A stretch of DNA of 64,000 nt from Somniosus microcephalus (taxonomy: Eukaryota): NCBI GenBank assembly GCA_052327205.1, contig CM126219.1, positions 64,852,001-64,916,000 on the forward strand, read 5' to 3'. Positions 1-12,625 of the stretch are shown piece by piece; the stretch's first letter is position 1; the number at the start of each line of letters is the position of its first letter. Below the pieces are notes generated by a model. The model was not told the DNA's origin. It ran no database searches and was given only the letters and a program-made list of their open reading frames with translations. The position numbers and the translations under genes are program-made.

Positions 1-32
1 CCATAGCCCTTTCTGGGCACACACATGGACAG

Positions 33-200
33 ATGTCTCAAGGCCTCATGTAAGGGCTCTTGCACCATGGGGGGCATGCGATGATGTCTCAAAGCCTCAT
101 GTAAGGGCTCTTGCACCATGGGGGGCATGCGATGAGGTCTCAAGGCCTCATGTAAGGGCTCTTGCACCATGGGGGGCATGCGATGAGGTCTCAAGGCATC
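33..200. repeat. 51-bp tandem repeat, about 3.2 copies, in an intron of the Myb gene
   Basis: The tctcaa(g/a)gc... unit recurs at 36, 87, 138 and 189. Confidence 0.92.
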
Positions 201-233
201 TTGTAACAGAACCTCCCCTTCTTTCCCCTGCAG

Positions 234-1797
234 TCCAAGCTGGCGATGATTCGAAAGGAGCAGCGTCGAACCGGTGGCGGACCTGCACAAGTGGTCACTC
301 TCACGGATCTGGAGGAGAGAGTGCACCAGATACTTGGAGGACGTCTGTCTGGTCCTGTGACCACTGCATCTGCCGACCCCATTACCGACAGCGAGGGTAA
401 GACTCTCACCTTTTCCACCTGTTGCCTTCCACTTGGTCCCCCCGCCAGCATGCATCCTCAGTGTGCAGCCATGTCAGAGCCTTGCCGCAATCTGGCATGC
501 CTTTCAGCAAAGCTGTCCTTTTGCTAAAGCCACTCTTCCACCTCCCACTTTCAGATGAAGCAGCACCAACTCGGGCTCAACGCGCTGAAGCTGCCAGTGC
601 CAGTGCCACCGAAGGCGAGGACCAGGAGGAATCCGGACCAGCCGTTGCAGAATCCGGGGAGCTGAGACATCTGCAGACTGGGGATAGTAGTCCCCTGGAG
701 GGGAGGGGGGGTGCTCTGAGGATGAACCAGTTGCCGGACCAAGCGGCATGCAGCAACGCACGGGGGATAGGCAAGTTCGGCCACCGTCTCCCCGCAGGGC
801 AAGGCAGGTCATCATGACTGCTGCACAGAGCACAGATGAGGTCCGTCGCCTGGCTGAGATGAGCAAACAGGCCCGGGTCAGACACACGGAGCTGATGGCT
901 GCAGTGGAGAAGATGCCTGAGTCAATAGATTCATTGGCTAGGAGTGTGTTAGACTTCGGGGCAACAATGGAGAGGACTCTGCAGGGCTTTGGGGCAACAA
1001 TGGAGAGGACTCTCCAGGTGTTTGAGGAAACAATGGACAGGTCTATCCAGGGCTTCAGGGCAACAATGGACAGGACTATCCAGGGCTTCAGCCCAACAAT
1101 GGAGAGGACTGTCCACGGCTTTGAGTCGGCAATGGAAAGGACTGTTCAGGGCTTTGGACAATCCCTGGAAAGGCCTGTGCAGGGCTTGTCCGAAGCAGTG
1201 GAGCGGCCGGCACCTGCCTTGTCCGAAGCAATGGGAAGAACTGTCCAGGCCTTCTCCGAAGCACTGGCACCTGGCACACAGGTCCTCACTGTTGCCACGC
1301 AGTCACTTGCTGGGCTCCTCCACAGCCAGATTGACGCAACGCGATCTCTCACTGCAGCCACCCTCTCTGCATCAGATAGGATCACCCCGGGCCCTTCCAC
1401 TCCCGTACAAGGCCAGGAATCAGTGGAGCATGCGATTGTGGCGGATGAGCCGAGCCGCTCCCCTCAGATAGCCAGTGTGTCGTCCGACCATGGTGCAGGT
1501 GTCCTCTCTCGGCAGGAGACCATTGCACATGCCAGCGCTGGGACGCCTGCATTGCAGCTGCCACCACCTGCAGGCCACACTGCTTCCAGCCATGGTCACA
1601 GCAAGCATCCTGCGTCCGCACCCTCCAAGCCCAGAGGTCGGCCAGGCCGTCCCTCAGGGGCTTCTGCGCTTCCAGACAGTCAGCAAGCGTCCCCCAGCCT
1701 TGAGCCCGCCACTGGGGTCCAATTACGTAGGAGCAGCAGGGAGGGAAGGGGCCGGGCGCGAAATAGAAGTCGTTCTCCCTCAAGGGGCCAGTTGTAG
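234..1797 (+). pseudogene. Harbinger Myb/SANT-like DNA-binding protein gene, last two exons (234-396 and 555-1797), with a probable frameshift in the G-run at about 700-711
   Basis: Exon 234-396 encodes SKLAMIRKEQRRTGGGPAQVVTLTDLEE, the typical post-SANT TGGG..LT..EE motif, with AG/GT sites. The C-terminal ORF 748-1797 has 11-aa repeats and a basic RS-rich tail. Confidence 0.75.
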
Positions 1798-2057
1798 AGG
1801 GAGGTGCTGAGACGTTTGTTTGTCCAAATTCAAGGACACCCTCACCTGCTGTTATATTTGCAGAAGGTTTGTTGAGTTTTGCGGCTTTGCCGAACAGTTC
1901 ACAGTTATTTTGAAAGTTACGTTGTTTAGCTGTAATGAAAGACTTTTGTGTCAATAAACAGAAGTTTCAATGTGGCATGGTGCATGTGACTACTTTCAGT
2001 GATGCTGGCATTCAGAGGCCCTCAAACATCCAAAGTGCGCATGAGTTAAGACTCTCA

Positions 2058-2623
2058 TCATTCCGCCACAGGGGTGTCGACAGGAGTCCAGAGGAGCCTC
2101 TGACGTATGGCCCTTCCACTTTCAGCAGCCCTTCCATCCTCCTCCTCCTCCTCCGCCTGCTCTTCCTCCTCCTCCTCCGCCTGCTTGTGCAGGGTCTGAG
2201 GGAAGGTAATGAATTGACGCGTTCGCCTATAAAGGGCATCTGTCACTTGCCGGATGCAACAGTCGCATTGTCCCCAATGGCTGGCTGAAAGGATCCGTTG
2301 GCATAAAAATGGAGGCCATCAGTCAGTTTAGCCATCACGGACAGAGAGGTTCTGCAGCGTTCACGCGGCTGCAGATCCTGACCAAGCAGGTGGCACAGAT
2401 CAGTAACAATGTCCCTCCAGATTCGGAGCCTTCCCAAACACTGCTCCTCCGACATGTCAAGGCTTGTCACCTGCTGCCTAAAGACCCTCGCAGCATCCCG
2501 TCGGATTGGCCAACCTCCATTGCCCCTCCTCCTTCTGGCCAATCCCGGCCCTCTCTCCCGCCGTCTCTCTGCCCCTTCACAGTGTTGGGCGATGAGGCCG
2601 TCTCCCTCCAAACAAGCTCCCAT
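2058..2623 (-). pseudogene. Harbinger (HARBI1-like) transposase remnant lacking the DDE core
   Basis: RVFRQ..LDMSEEQCLGRLR..DLCHLL..DLQP..LSV..HFYANGSFQ, then VTDALYRR..FITFP, joined directly to the acidic C-terminal tail EEEEE..GRAIRQRLL. Confidence 0.85.
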
Positions 2624-4644
2624 TCCGATGCCAGTTGGTCAAAAGCCTTTTAGGTGTAAGTGCTGCAAGTGCTTCGGACAGGGTTGAAGGTCCCAAGTAC
2701 TGTAAAGCTAAATTCCCAGAACTCCGCTCCACATTAGCTCGCCAACTCTCTCTAGCAACGATCGCAATGAGCAGGCCAAGTGGCAGAAGATTCTGCACTA
2801 AAGCTGTCCCCTTTAAATAGCGCCCCCCTACTCCGAGAAGGGCCTGTTAGCCCTCCCTCGAACTGTCACTAATAGCGCTGGGCGCTAAGGCTCCGGGCAC
2901 CACCCAATATGCGCTCAGGCGCTCCTAAAAGGCGTTGCACACTGAAATGACATCATGAGCTGCTTGCGATCGCGGGTGAGCGCACTTAGCGCAGACGCTA
3001 AATGTATAGTCAATATCTGAGTTGGCGCTATCTTCATAGCGTCCGCCCCAACATAGGGTATCGCCCCAATTCTAGGTCTCTTTAGGCGCTCAGCGCCGGC
3101 GCTACCAACCCAATTTCTAGGCCTATGACTCTAAAGGCGGGGAGGGGGCGGTGAAAAGAGAACGCTATTGTTGAACACAGCCGCGTCAGGGAAGGAAAAT
3201 CTGCACCAGCAAAACACAGTAAACGTCCATTTTTATTAAATTTCTTCTCCTTTCCCTTCACATGAAGCTTGTGCTCCGTACAAATAAATCTCCGCAACCC
3301 TCCCCCCGCGAAAATATTATACAGTCATCCTTAAACCAACCTGCGCTATTATTATACATTATTAAACCAACCCATAGCTCCATAGATTCAGGCATGCGAT
3401 ATGACCATATTATTATACATTGATAGTTAAACTACCACAGATTAATGTGCAGGATGGTTCTGCGCAGCTTCCGGTAGTTGGCAGCAGTCACTCCGTATTA
3501 TAAACGCTACTGGAAAACTTCCCAGACCACTTTTCAGTGGCGTTTCTGCCGATGTTGTTCTTCTGCAATGTCCATGAAGGTCAGTGCCAAAAGCCTAGTG
3601 ATTACCCCCACCACTGTGTCCCACTCCAGGTACGGTGCCTTGGACAACCTGACCAGATACGAGTCCCCAACATCCAGGGGGTTGTACTGGTCTCCCACAG
3701 AGAGAAACCCCCAAGAAAATGGGGGACGATGGAGGCGACCCAATGGGTCTTCACCTCAGAACTTCCATCCGCCCCTACAAGGCAAAGAATGGGCCTGAAG
3801 AGCAGTGCCAGGGGGTGGGGACTCCCTCAACCTGACCCTGAGGTTCACCGAGGATTCGGCACAGTCCTGGGGGCCAGAACGCCAAGAAGAATGATGTGCA
3901 CTGCCCTCCCCTTGGGCATAGGTGGGTCCCACTGGTGGGGTGCAGCGCTGGCAAAAATGTATCCCGGTTTGGCCCCTTTGCTTGGGCCGATCCGAACATT
4001 ACCAGGGCCGGGCTGGGGGGCTGGAGGGGGTGGTGGGGGGAAGCCTGGGAAAGCCCTGCTCCCCCACAAGCGACCAACTGATTTTCTTCAGCGTGCCAAA
4101 AATTGTGCCTCACGTGGTTCTGGTGCTGAACATGCCTCAAGCGAAGGAGCTGCCCACTCACTGCCCCTCCAAACTCTGGCGGGGATCAGTGTTGGGGGGC
4201 ACCTGTGGGCACGGTCCCAGGGAAACTGCTAGGGTCGCGCCCCTGGAATTCCAGGGCCACGATATCAAAATAATTGCTGCAGCAGAGATAACGGCACTTA
4301 ATCTGAACAAGAACTAGTTTCAAATGCATACCAATTGCAAATATTATTTTAATGCAAATTAAACTTACTGCAGTAGTGATTAGTTACTTGAGGGTGGCGG
4401 TGGAGGGGTAAACTGTAGCTTCTCTGATGGTTCAGGGACTGAATATACTTTAGTGTGGAATCGAAGGTCTCAGGTTGAATCCCTGATCTGGGCCTAGCTA
4501 ACTGATCTTAACCAGGGAGTGAGGAGGGCGACTGCAACTGGCTTCAGCATCCCTGAACTAGGGAAGGATTTAAATATAAACATCCGCCAAGGTTGCTGCT
4601 TTTCATGAGTATCCAATAAATTTTGCTAGAAATCATGAACACAA

Positions 4645-5225
4645 GTGTGTGCATGTGTGTGAGTCCGTGTGTGATTGTGCGTTTGTGAGTGTGAGAGTGC
4701 GTGAGGTTGAGTGTGAACGTGCGTGCGTGAGCGTGCGTGCTAGTGAGTGTACGAGAGTGAGCGTGCATGCGAGAGTGAGCGTGCGAGCGTGAACGTGCGA
4801 GAGTGAGTGTGCGAGAGTGAGCGTGCGTGCTAGAGTGAGTGTGCAAGAGTGAGCGTGCGAATGTGTGCAAGAGTGAGCATGCATGCGAGAGTGAACATGC
4901 GTGCGTGAGTGTGCAAGAGTGAGCGTACGTGCATGAGCGTGCGTGCGTGAGCGTGCAAGTGTGTGCATGCGTGCTAGAGTGAGCGTGCGTGCGCAAGAGT
5001 AAGCGTGCGCACGAGAGCGAGTGTGTGCATGCTAGAGTGAGCGTGGAAGAGTGAGCCTGCGTGCGTGAGTGTGCTAGAGTGAGCGTGCGCGCGAGAGCGA
5101 GTGTGCGTGCATGCTAGAGTGAGAGTGCGCGCGAGAGTGAGTGTGCGTGCGTGCTAGAGTGAGCGTGCTAGAGTGAGCGTGCTAGAGTGAGCATGCGTGT
5201 GTGAGTGTGTGAGAGTGTAAATGTG
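4645..5225. repeat. Complex GT/GC/GA microsatellite (GAGTGAGCGTGC-like)
   Basis: Degenerate dinucleotide-based low-complexity tract. Confidence 0.9.
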
Positions 5226-6258
5226 TTCAGACACAGGTTGCAGACCTGTGTGAGTGTGCTTGGCTTGGCCTGGCCTGGCCAGCCCCAGAAGACGAATAGC
5301 TCGCCCACGCTCGCTGTCTGTGACCATCCATGAAGAACAGCGCCTTGGCGGAGGTCATGCAATGTGGGTAGAGCTGCACCGTTGAGAGAGAAGGGCGAGA
5401 AAAGTAGAAAATCAAAAAAATGTTTTAAAAGGACAGCAAACGGAATTGAACCGAATTGCCACACGATCGAAAATGTTCCAACAGGGAAGATTGCACAGAA
5501 GTTTTAATTGCAAATATTCCCCAGTTTACACCAGGCTTTCACTTAAAAAAATACACAAAGCCCCAAGCCACATCAGGGAACTGAGCTTACTGTCAAATGT
5601 TAGCAATCTATCTGCTGAGGATCAGCATTTCAAACAGTGTAGCTCAGCAGACGAGACAGTGATCGATCTCCTCCCACGCAGAATGAGTGAAAACAGCCCT
5701 CACGTAATTCCCAACGTGGGGCCCACATCCAACAACCCACGGCACTTTCCTTTGTTTAAGAAAAAAATGCAGGAATAGAAGTTTTCACTTGCCAAGTATC
5801 TTGCTGAGAGTGACTTTCCACCTCCCCACCCCCACCCCATGATAATGCCAACCTCCTCATTTCTATCTCTCAATCCATCAGTCGATTTGTACTCTTTCTG
5901 CTGCTTTGTGACCCTTCTACTGTCCCTTACTGACCAGGCCTGTACCAAAGGGATGGGAGAATTTAAATGGATCTTTTGAGGAAATCTTAAAGTAGGAGTG
6001 AATGAAAGATAACATTTAATTGGTGTAAGTTAAAACTAAACGTCTGAAGTCTCGCTCACCAATGGCGAGCAGTTTTTAATGGGGTCGCTACTATCAGGCA
6101 CAGTGGGTGCAAGATTTGTAAGAAGATGAACGCACAATGATGCGATGTCATCTTATCTGCTGTGTTCTGAAGATTCGTCTGCTTTCAAACTCTAAAAATA
6201 GAACAAGTGTTTCTGTTGCCATAGACACAACTTCAGCTACTGAGCCAAAGGTGGATAT

Positions 6259-9200
6259 TGACCCCAACCACAGGTCACCTAACACAGCGGACACTGACCC
6301 CATCCAATGGTCACCTAACACAGCGGATACTGACCCCAACCAAAGGTCACCTAACACAGCGGATACTGACCCCAACCAAAGGTCACCTAACACAGCGGAC
6401 ACTGACCCCAACCAAAGGTCATCTAACACAGCGGGCACTGACCCCAACCAAAGGTCACCTAACACAGCGGACACTGACCCCAACCAATGGTCACCTAACA
6501 CAGTAGACACTGACCCCAACCACAGGTCACCTAACACAGCGGACACTGACCCCAACCAATGGTCACCTAACACAGTGGACACTGACCCCAACCACAGGTC
6601 ACCTAACACAGCGGACACTGACCCCCAACCAAAGGTCACCTAACACAGCGGACACTGACCCCAACCAAAGGTCACCTAACACAACGGACACTGACCCCAA
6701 CCAAAGGTCACCTAACACAGCGGACACTAACCCCAACCACAGGTCACCTAACACAGCGGACACTGACCCCAACCAATGGTCACCTAACACAGCGGACACT
6801 AACCCCAACCACAGGTCAACTAACACTGCGGACACTGACCCCAACCAAAGGTCACCTAACACAGCGGAAACTGACCCCAACCAAAGGTCACCTAACACAG
6901 TGGACACTGACCCCAACCACAGGTCACCTAACACAGCAGACACTGACCCCATCCAATGGTCACCTAACACAGCGGACACTGACCCCATCCAATGGTCACC
7001 TAACACAGCGGACACTGACCCCAACCACAGGTCACCTAACACTGCGGACACTGACCCCAACCAAAGGTCACCTAACACAGCGGAAACTGACCCCAACCAA
7101 AGGTCACCTAACACAGTGGACACTGACCCAAACCACAGGTCACCTAACACAGCAGACACTGACTCCATCCAATGGTCACCTAACACAGCGGACACTGACC
7201 CCAACCACAGGTCACCTAACACAGCAGACACTGACCCCAACCAATGGTCACCTAACACAGCAGACACTGACCCCAACCAATGGTCACCTAACACAGTGGA
7301 CACTGACCCCAACCACAGGTCACCTAACACAGTGGACACTGACCCCAACCAATGGTCACCTAACACAGCAGACACTGACCCCAACCACAGGTCACCTAAC
7401 ACAGCGGACACTGACCCCAACCAATGGTCACCTAACACAGCGGACACTGACCCCAACCAATGGTCACCTAACACAGCGGACACTGACCCCAACCAATGGT
7501 CACCTAACACAGCGGAAATTGACACCAACCAAAGGTCACCTAACACAGCGGACACTGACCCCATCCAATGGTCACCTAACACAGCGGACACTGACCCCAT
7601 CCAATGGTCACCTAACACAGCGGACACTGACCCCATCCAATGGTCGCCTAACACGGCGGACACTGACCCCATCCAATGGTCACCTAACATGGTGGACACT
7701 GACCCCAACCCAAGGTCACCTAACACAGCAGACACTGACTCCATCCAATGGTCACCTAACACAGCGGACACTGACCCCAACCAATGGTCACCTAACACAG
7801 CGGACACTGACCCCAACCAAAGGTCACCTAACACAGCGGACACTGACCCCATCCAATGGTCACCTAACACTGCGGACACTGACCCCAACCAATGGTCACC
7901 TAACACAGCGGACACTGACCCCAACCAATGGTCACCTAACACAGCGGACACTGACCCCAACCAAAGGTCACCTAACACAGCGGACACTGACCCCATCCAA
8001 TGGTCACCTAACACAGCGGACACTGACCCCATCCAATGGTCGCCTAACACGGCGGACACTGACCCCAACCAAAGGTCACCTAACACAGCGGACACTGACC
8101 CCTTCCAATGGTCACCTAACACAGCGGACACTGACCCCAACCACAGGTCACCTAACACAGCAGACACTGACCCCAACCAAAGGTCACCTAACACAGTGGA
8201 CACTGACCCCAACCACAGGTCACCTAACACAGCGGACACTGACCCCAACCACAGGTCACCTAACACAGCGGACACTGACCCCAGCCAATGGTCACCTAAC
8301 ACAGCGGACACTGACCCCAACCAAAGGTCACCTAACACAGCGGACACTGACCCCAACCAAAGGTCACCTAACACAGCGGACACTGACCCCAACCAAAGGT
8401 CACCTAACACAGCGGACACTGACCCCAACCAATGGTCACCTAACACAGCAGACACTGACCCCAACCAATGGTCACCTAACAGAGCGGACACTGACCCCAA
8501 CCACAGGTCACCTAACACAGCAGACACTGACCCCATCCAATAGTCACCTAACACAGCAGACACTGACCCCAACCAATGGTCACCTAACACAGCGGACACT
8601 GACCCCATCCAATGGTCACCTAACACAGCAGGCACTGACCCCAACCAAAGGTCACCTAACAGAGCGGACACTGACCCCAACCAATGGTCACCTAACAGAG
8701 CAGACACTGACCCCAACCACAGGTCACCTAACAGAGCGGACACTGACCCCATCCAATGGTCACCTAACACAGCGGATACTGACCCCAACCAAAGGTCACC
8801 TAACACAGCGGATACTGACCCCAACCAAAGGTCACCTAACACAGCGGGCACTGACCCCAACCAAAGGTCACCTAACACAGCGGACACTGACCCCCAACCA
8901 AAGGTCACCTAACACAGCGGACACTGACCCCAACCAAAGGTCACCTAACACAGCGGACACTGACCCCAACCAATGGTCACCTAACACAGTAGACACTGAC
9001 CCCAACCACAGGTCACCTAACACAGCGGACACTGACCCCAACCAATGGTCACCTAACACAGTGGACACTGACCCCAACCACAGGTCACCTAACACAGCGG
9101 ACACTGACCCCCAACCAAATGTCACCTAACACAGCGGACACTGACCCCAACCAAAGGTCACCTAACACAGCGGACACTGACCCCAACCAAAGGTCACCTA

Positions 9201-12200
9201 ACACAACGGACACTGACCCCAACCAAAGGTCACCTAACACAGCGGACACTAACCCCAACCACAGGTCACCTAACACAGCGGACACTGACCCCAACCAATG
9301 GTCACCTAACACAGCGGACACTAACCCCAACCACAGGTCAACTAACACTGCGGACACTGACCCCAACCAAAGGTCACCTAACACAGCGGAAACTGACCCC
9401 AACCAAAGGTCACCTAACACAGTGGACACTGACCCCAACCACAGGTCACCTAACACAGCAGACACTGACCCCATCCAATGGTCACCTAACACAGCGGACA
9501 CTGACCCCATCCAATGGTCACCTAACACAGCGGACACTGACCCCAACCACAGGTCACCTAACACTGCGGACACTGACCCCAACCAAAGGTCACCTAACAC
9601 AGCGGAAACTGACCCCAACCAAAGGTCACCTAACACAGTGGACACTGACCCCAACCACAGGTCACCTAACACAGCAGACACTGACTCCATCCAATGGTCA
9701 CCTAACACAGCGGACACTGACCCCAACCACAGGTCACCTAACACAGCAGACACTGACCCCAACCAATGGTCACCTAACACAGCAGACACTGACCCCAACC
9801 AATGGTCACCTAACACAGTGGACACTGACCCCAACCACAGGTCACCTAACACAGCGGACACTGACCCCAACCAATGGTCACCTAACACAGCAGACACTGA
9901 CCCCAACCACAGGTCACCTAACACAGCGGACACTGACCCCAACCAATGGTCACCTAACACAGCGGACACTGACCCCAACCAATGGTCACCTAACACAGCG
10001 GACACTGACCCCAACCAATGGTCACCTAACACAGCGGAAATTGACCCCAACCAAAGGTCACCTAACACAGCGGACACTGACCCCATCCAATGGTCACCTA
10101 ACACTGCGGACACTGACCCCAACCAAAGGTCACCTAACACAGCGGACACTGACCCCATCCAATGGTCACCTAACACAGCGGACACTGACCCCATCCAATG
10201 GTCGCCTAACACGGCGGACACTGACCCCATCCAATGGTCACCTAACATGGTGGACACTGACCCCAACCCAAGGTCACCTAACACAGCAGACACTGACTCC
10301 ATCCAATGGTCACCTAACACAGCGGACACTGACCCCAACCAATGGTCACCTAACACAGCGGACACTGACCCCATCCAATGGTCACCTAACACAGCGGACA
10401 CTGACCCCATCCAATGGTCGCCTAACACGGCGGACACTGACCCCAACCAAAGGTCACCTAACACAGCGGACACTGACCCCTTCCAATGGTCACCTAACAC
10501 AGCGGACACTGACCCCAACCACAGGTCACCTAACACAGCAGACACTGACCCCAACCAAAGGTCACCTAACACAGCAGACACTGACCCCAACCACAGGTCA
10601 CCTAACACAGCGGACACTGACCCCAGCCAATGGTCACCTAACACAGCGGACACTGACCCCAACCAAAGGTCACCTAACACAGCGGACACTGACCCCAACC
10701 AAAGGTCACCTAACACAGCGGACACTGACCCCAACCAAAGGTCACCTAACACAGCGGACACTGACCCCAACCAATGGTCACCTAACACAGCAGACACTGA
10801 CCCCAACCAATGGTCACCTAACAGAGCGGACACTGACCCCAACCACAGGTCACCTAACACAGCAGACACTGACCCCATCCAATAGTCACCTAACACAGCA
10901 GACACTGACCCCAACCAATGGTCACCTAACACAGCGGACACTGACCCCATCCAATGGTCACCTAACACAGCAGGCACTGACCCCAACCAAAGGTCACCTA
11001 ACAGAGCGGACACTGACCCCAACCAATGGTCACCTAACAGAGCAGACACTGACCCCAACCACAGGTCACCTAACAGAGCAGACACTGACCCCAACCAATG
11101 GTCACCTAACACAGCAGACACTGACCCCATCCAATGGTCACCTAACACAGCGGACACTGACCCCATCCAATGGTCACCTAACACAGCGGACACTGACCCC
11201 AACCAAAGGTCACCTAACACAGCGGACACTGACCCCAACCACAGGTCACCGAACACAGTGGACACTGACCCCAACCAAAGGTCACCTAACACAGCGGACA
11301 CTGACCCCAACCAATGGTCACCTAACACAGTGGACACTGACCCCAACCAATGGTCACCTAACACAGCGGACACTGACCCCAACCAAAGGTCACCTAACAC
11401 AGCGGTCACTGACCCCAAACACAGGTCACCGAACACAGTGGACACTGACCCCAACCACAGGTCACCTAACACAGCAGACACTGACCCCAACCAATGGTCA
11501 CCTAACACAGCGGACACTGACCCCAACCAATGGTCACCTAACACTGCGGACACTGACCCCAACCACAGGTCACCTAACACAGCGGACACTGACCCCAACC
11601 AAAGGTCACCTAACACAGCGGACACTGACCCCAACCAATGGTCACCTAACACAGCGGACACTGACCCCAACCAATGGTCACCTAACACAGCAGACACTGA
11701 CCCCAACCAAAGGTCACCTAACACAGCGGACACTGACCCCAACCAATGGTCACCTAACACAGCGGACACTGACCCCAACCAATGATTACCTAACACAGCG
11801 GACACTGACCCCAACCAAAGGTCACCTAACACAGCGGACACTGACCCCAACCAAAGGTCACCTAACACAGCGGACACTGACCCCAACCAATGGTCACCTA
11901 ACACAGTGGACACTGACTCCAACCAAAGGTCACCTAACACAGCGGACACTGACCCCAACCAAAGGTCACCTAACACAGTGGACACTGACCCCAACCAAAG
12001 GTCACCTAACACAGTGGACACTGACCCCAACCAATGGTCACCTAACACAGCAGACACTGACCCCAACCACAGGTCACCTAACACAGTGGACACTGACCCC
12101 AACCACAGGTCACCTAACACAGCGGACACTGACCCCAACCACAGGTCACCTAACACAGCGGATACTGACCCCAACCAAAGGTCACCTAACACAGCGGACA

Positions 12201-12625
12201 CTGACCCCAACCAAAGGTCACCTAACACAGTGGACACTGACCCCAACCAATGGTCACCTAACACAGCAGACACTGACCCCAACCACAGGTCACCTAACAC
12301 AGTGGACACTGACCCCAACCACAGGTCACCTAACACAGCGGACACTGACCCCAACCACAGGTCACCTAACACAGTGGACACTGACCCCAACCAATGGTCA
12401 CCTAACACAGCAGACACTGACCCCAACCACAGGTCACCTAACACAGTGGACACTGACCCCAACCACAGGTCACCTAACACAGCGGACACTGACCCCAACC
12501 ACAGGTCACCTAACACAGCGGATACTGACCCCAACCAAAGGTCACCTAACACAGTGGACACTGACCCCAACCAAAGGTCACCTAACACAGCGGACACTGA
12601 CCCCAACCAATCGTCACCAAACCCA
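6259..12625. repeat. 36-bp minisatellite, about 177 units, consensus GACCCCAACCA(AA/AT/CA)GGTCACCTAACACAGCGGACACT
   Basis: Continuous tandem array with variant units. Three 37-bp units carry a C5 run (6622, 8891, 9108). Confidence 0.99.

Larger units (their letters stand above)
1..3123. mobile_element. PIF/Harbinger DNA transposon, internally deleted; left end outside the window
   Basis: Convergent Myb/SANT-like gene (+) and HARBI1-like transposase remnant (-), a GC-rich subterminal region, and a putative terminus ...caatttctaggcc at about 3123. Confidence 0.85.

Noticed and set aside
3130-4260. GC-rich ORFs (e.g. 3537-4232), and similar tracts at 30713-31460 and 36025-37020
   Set aside because: No recognisable protein. 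Probably non-autonomous DNA transposon interiors, but I could not define both termini and TSDs.
4544-4996. His/Thr/Ala-rich ORFs
   Set aside because: Translations of a microsatellite.
5246-5373. Minus-strand acceptor with a good pyrimidine tract as the next TEAD exon
   Set aside because: In the required phase it reads STHIA-stop, it does not resemble the expected (D)IKPF exon, and the donor is weak. At most a poison exon.
6259-12625. CRISPR-like array (36-bp repeat)
   Set aside because: The units are head-to-tail with no unique spacers, there are no cas genes, and the DNA is vertebrate.
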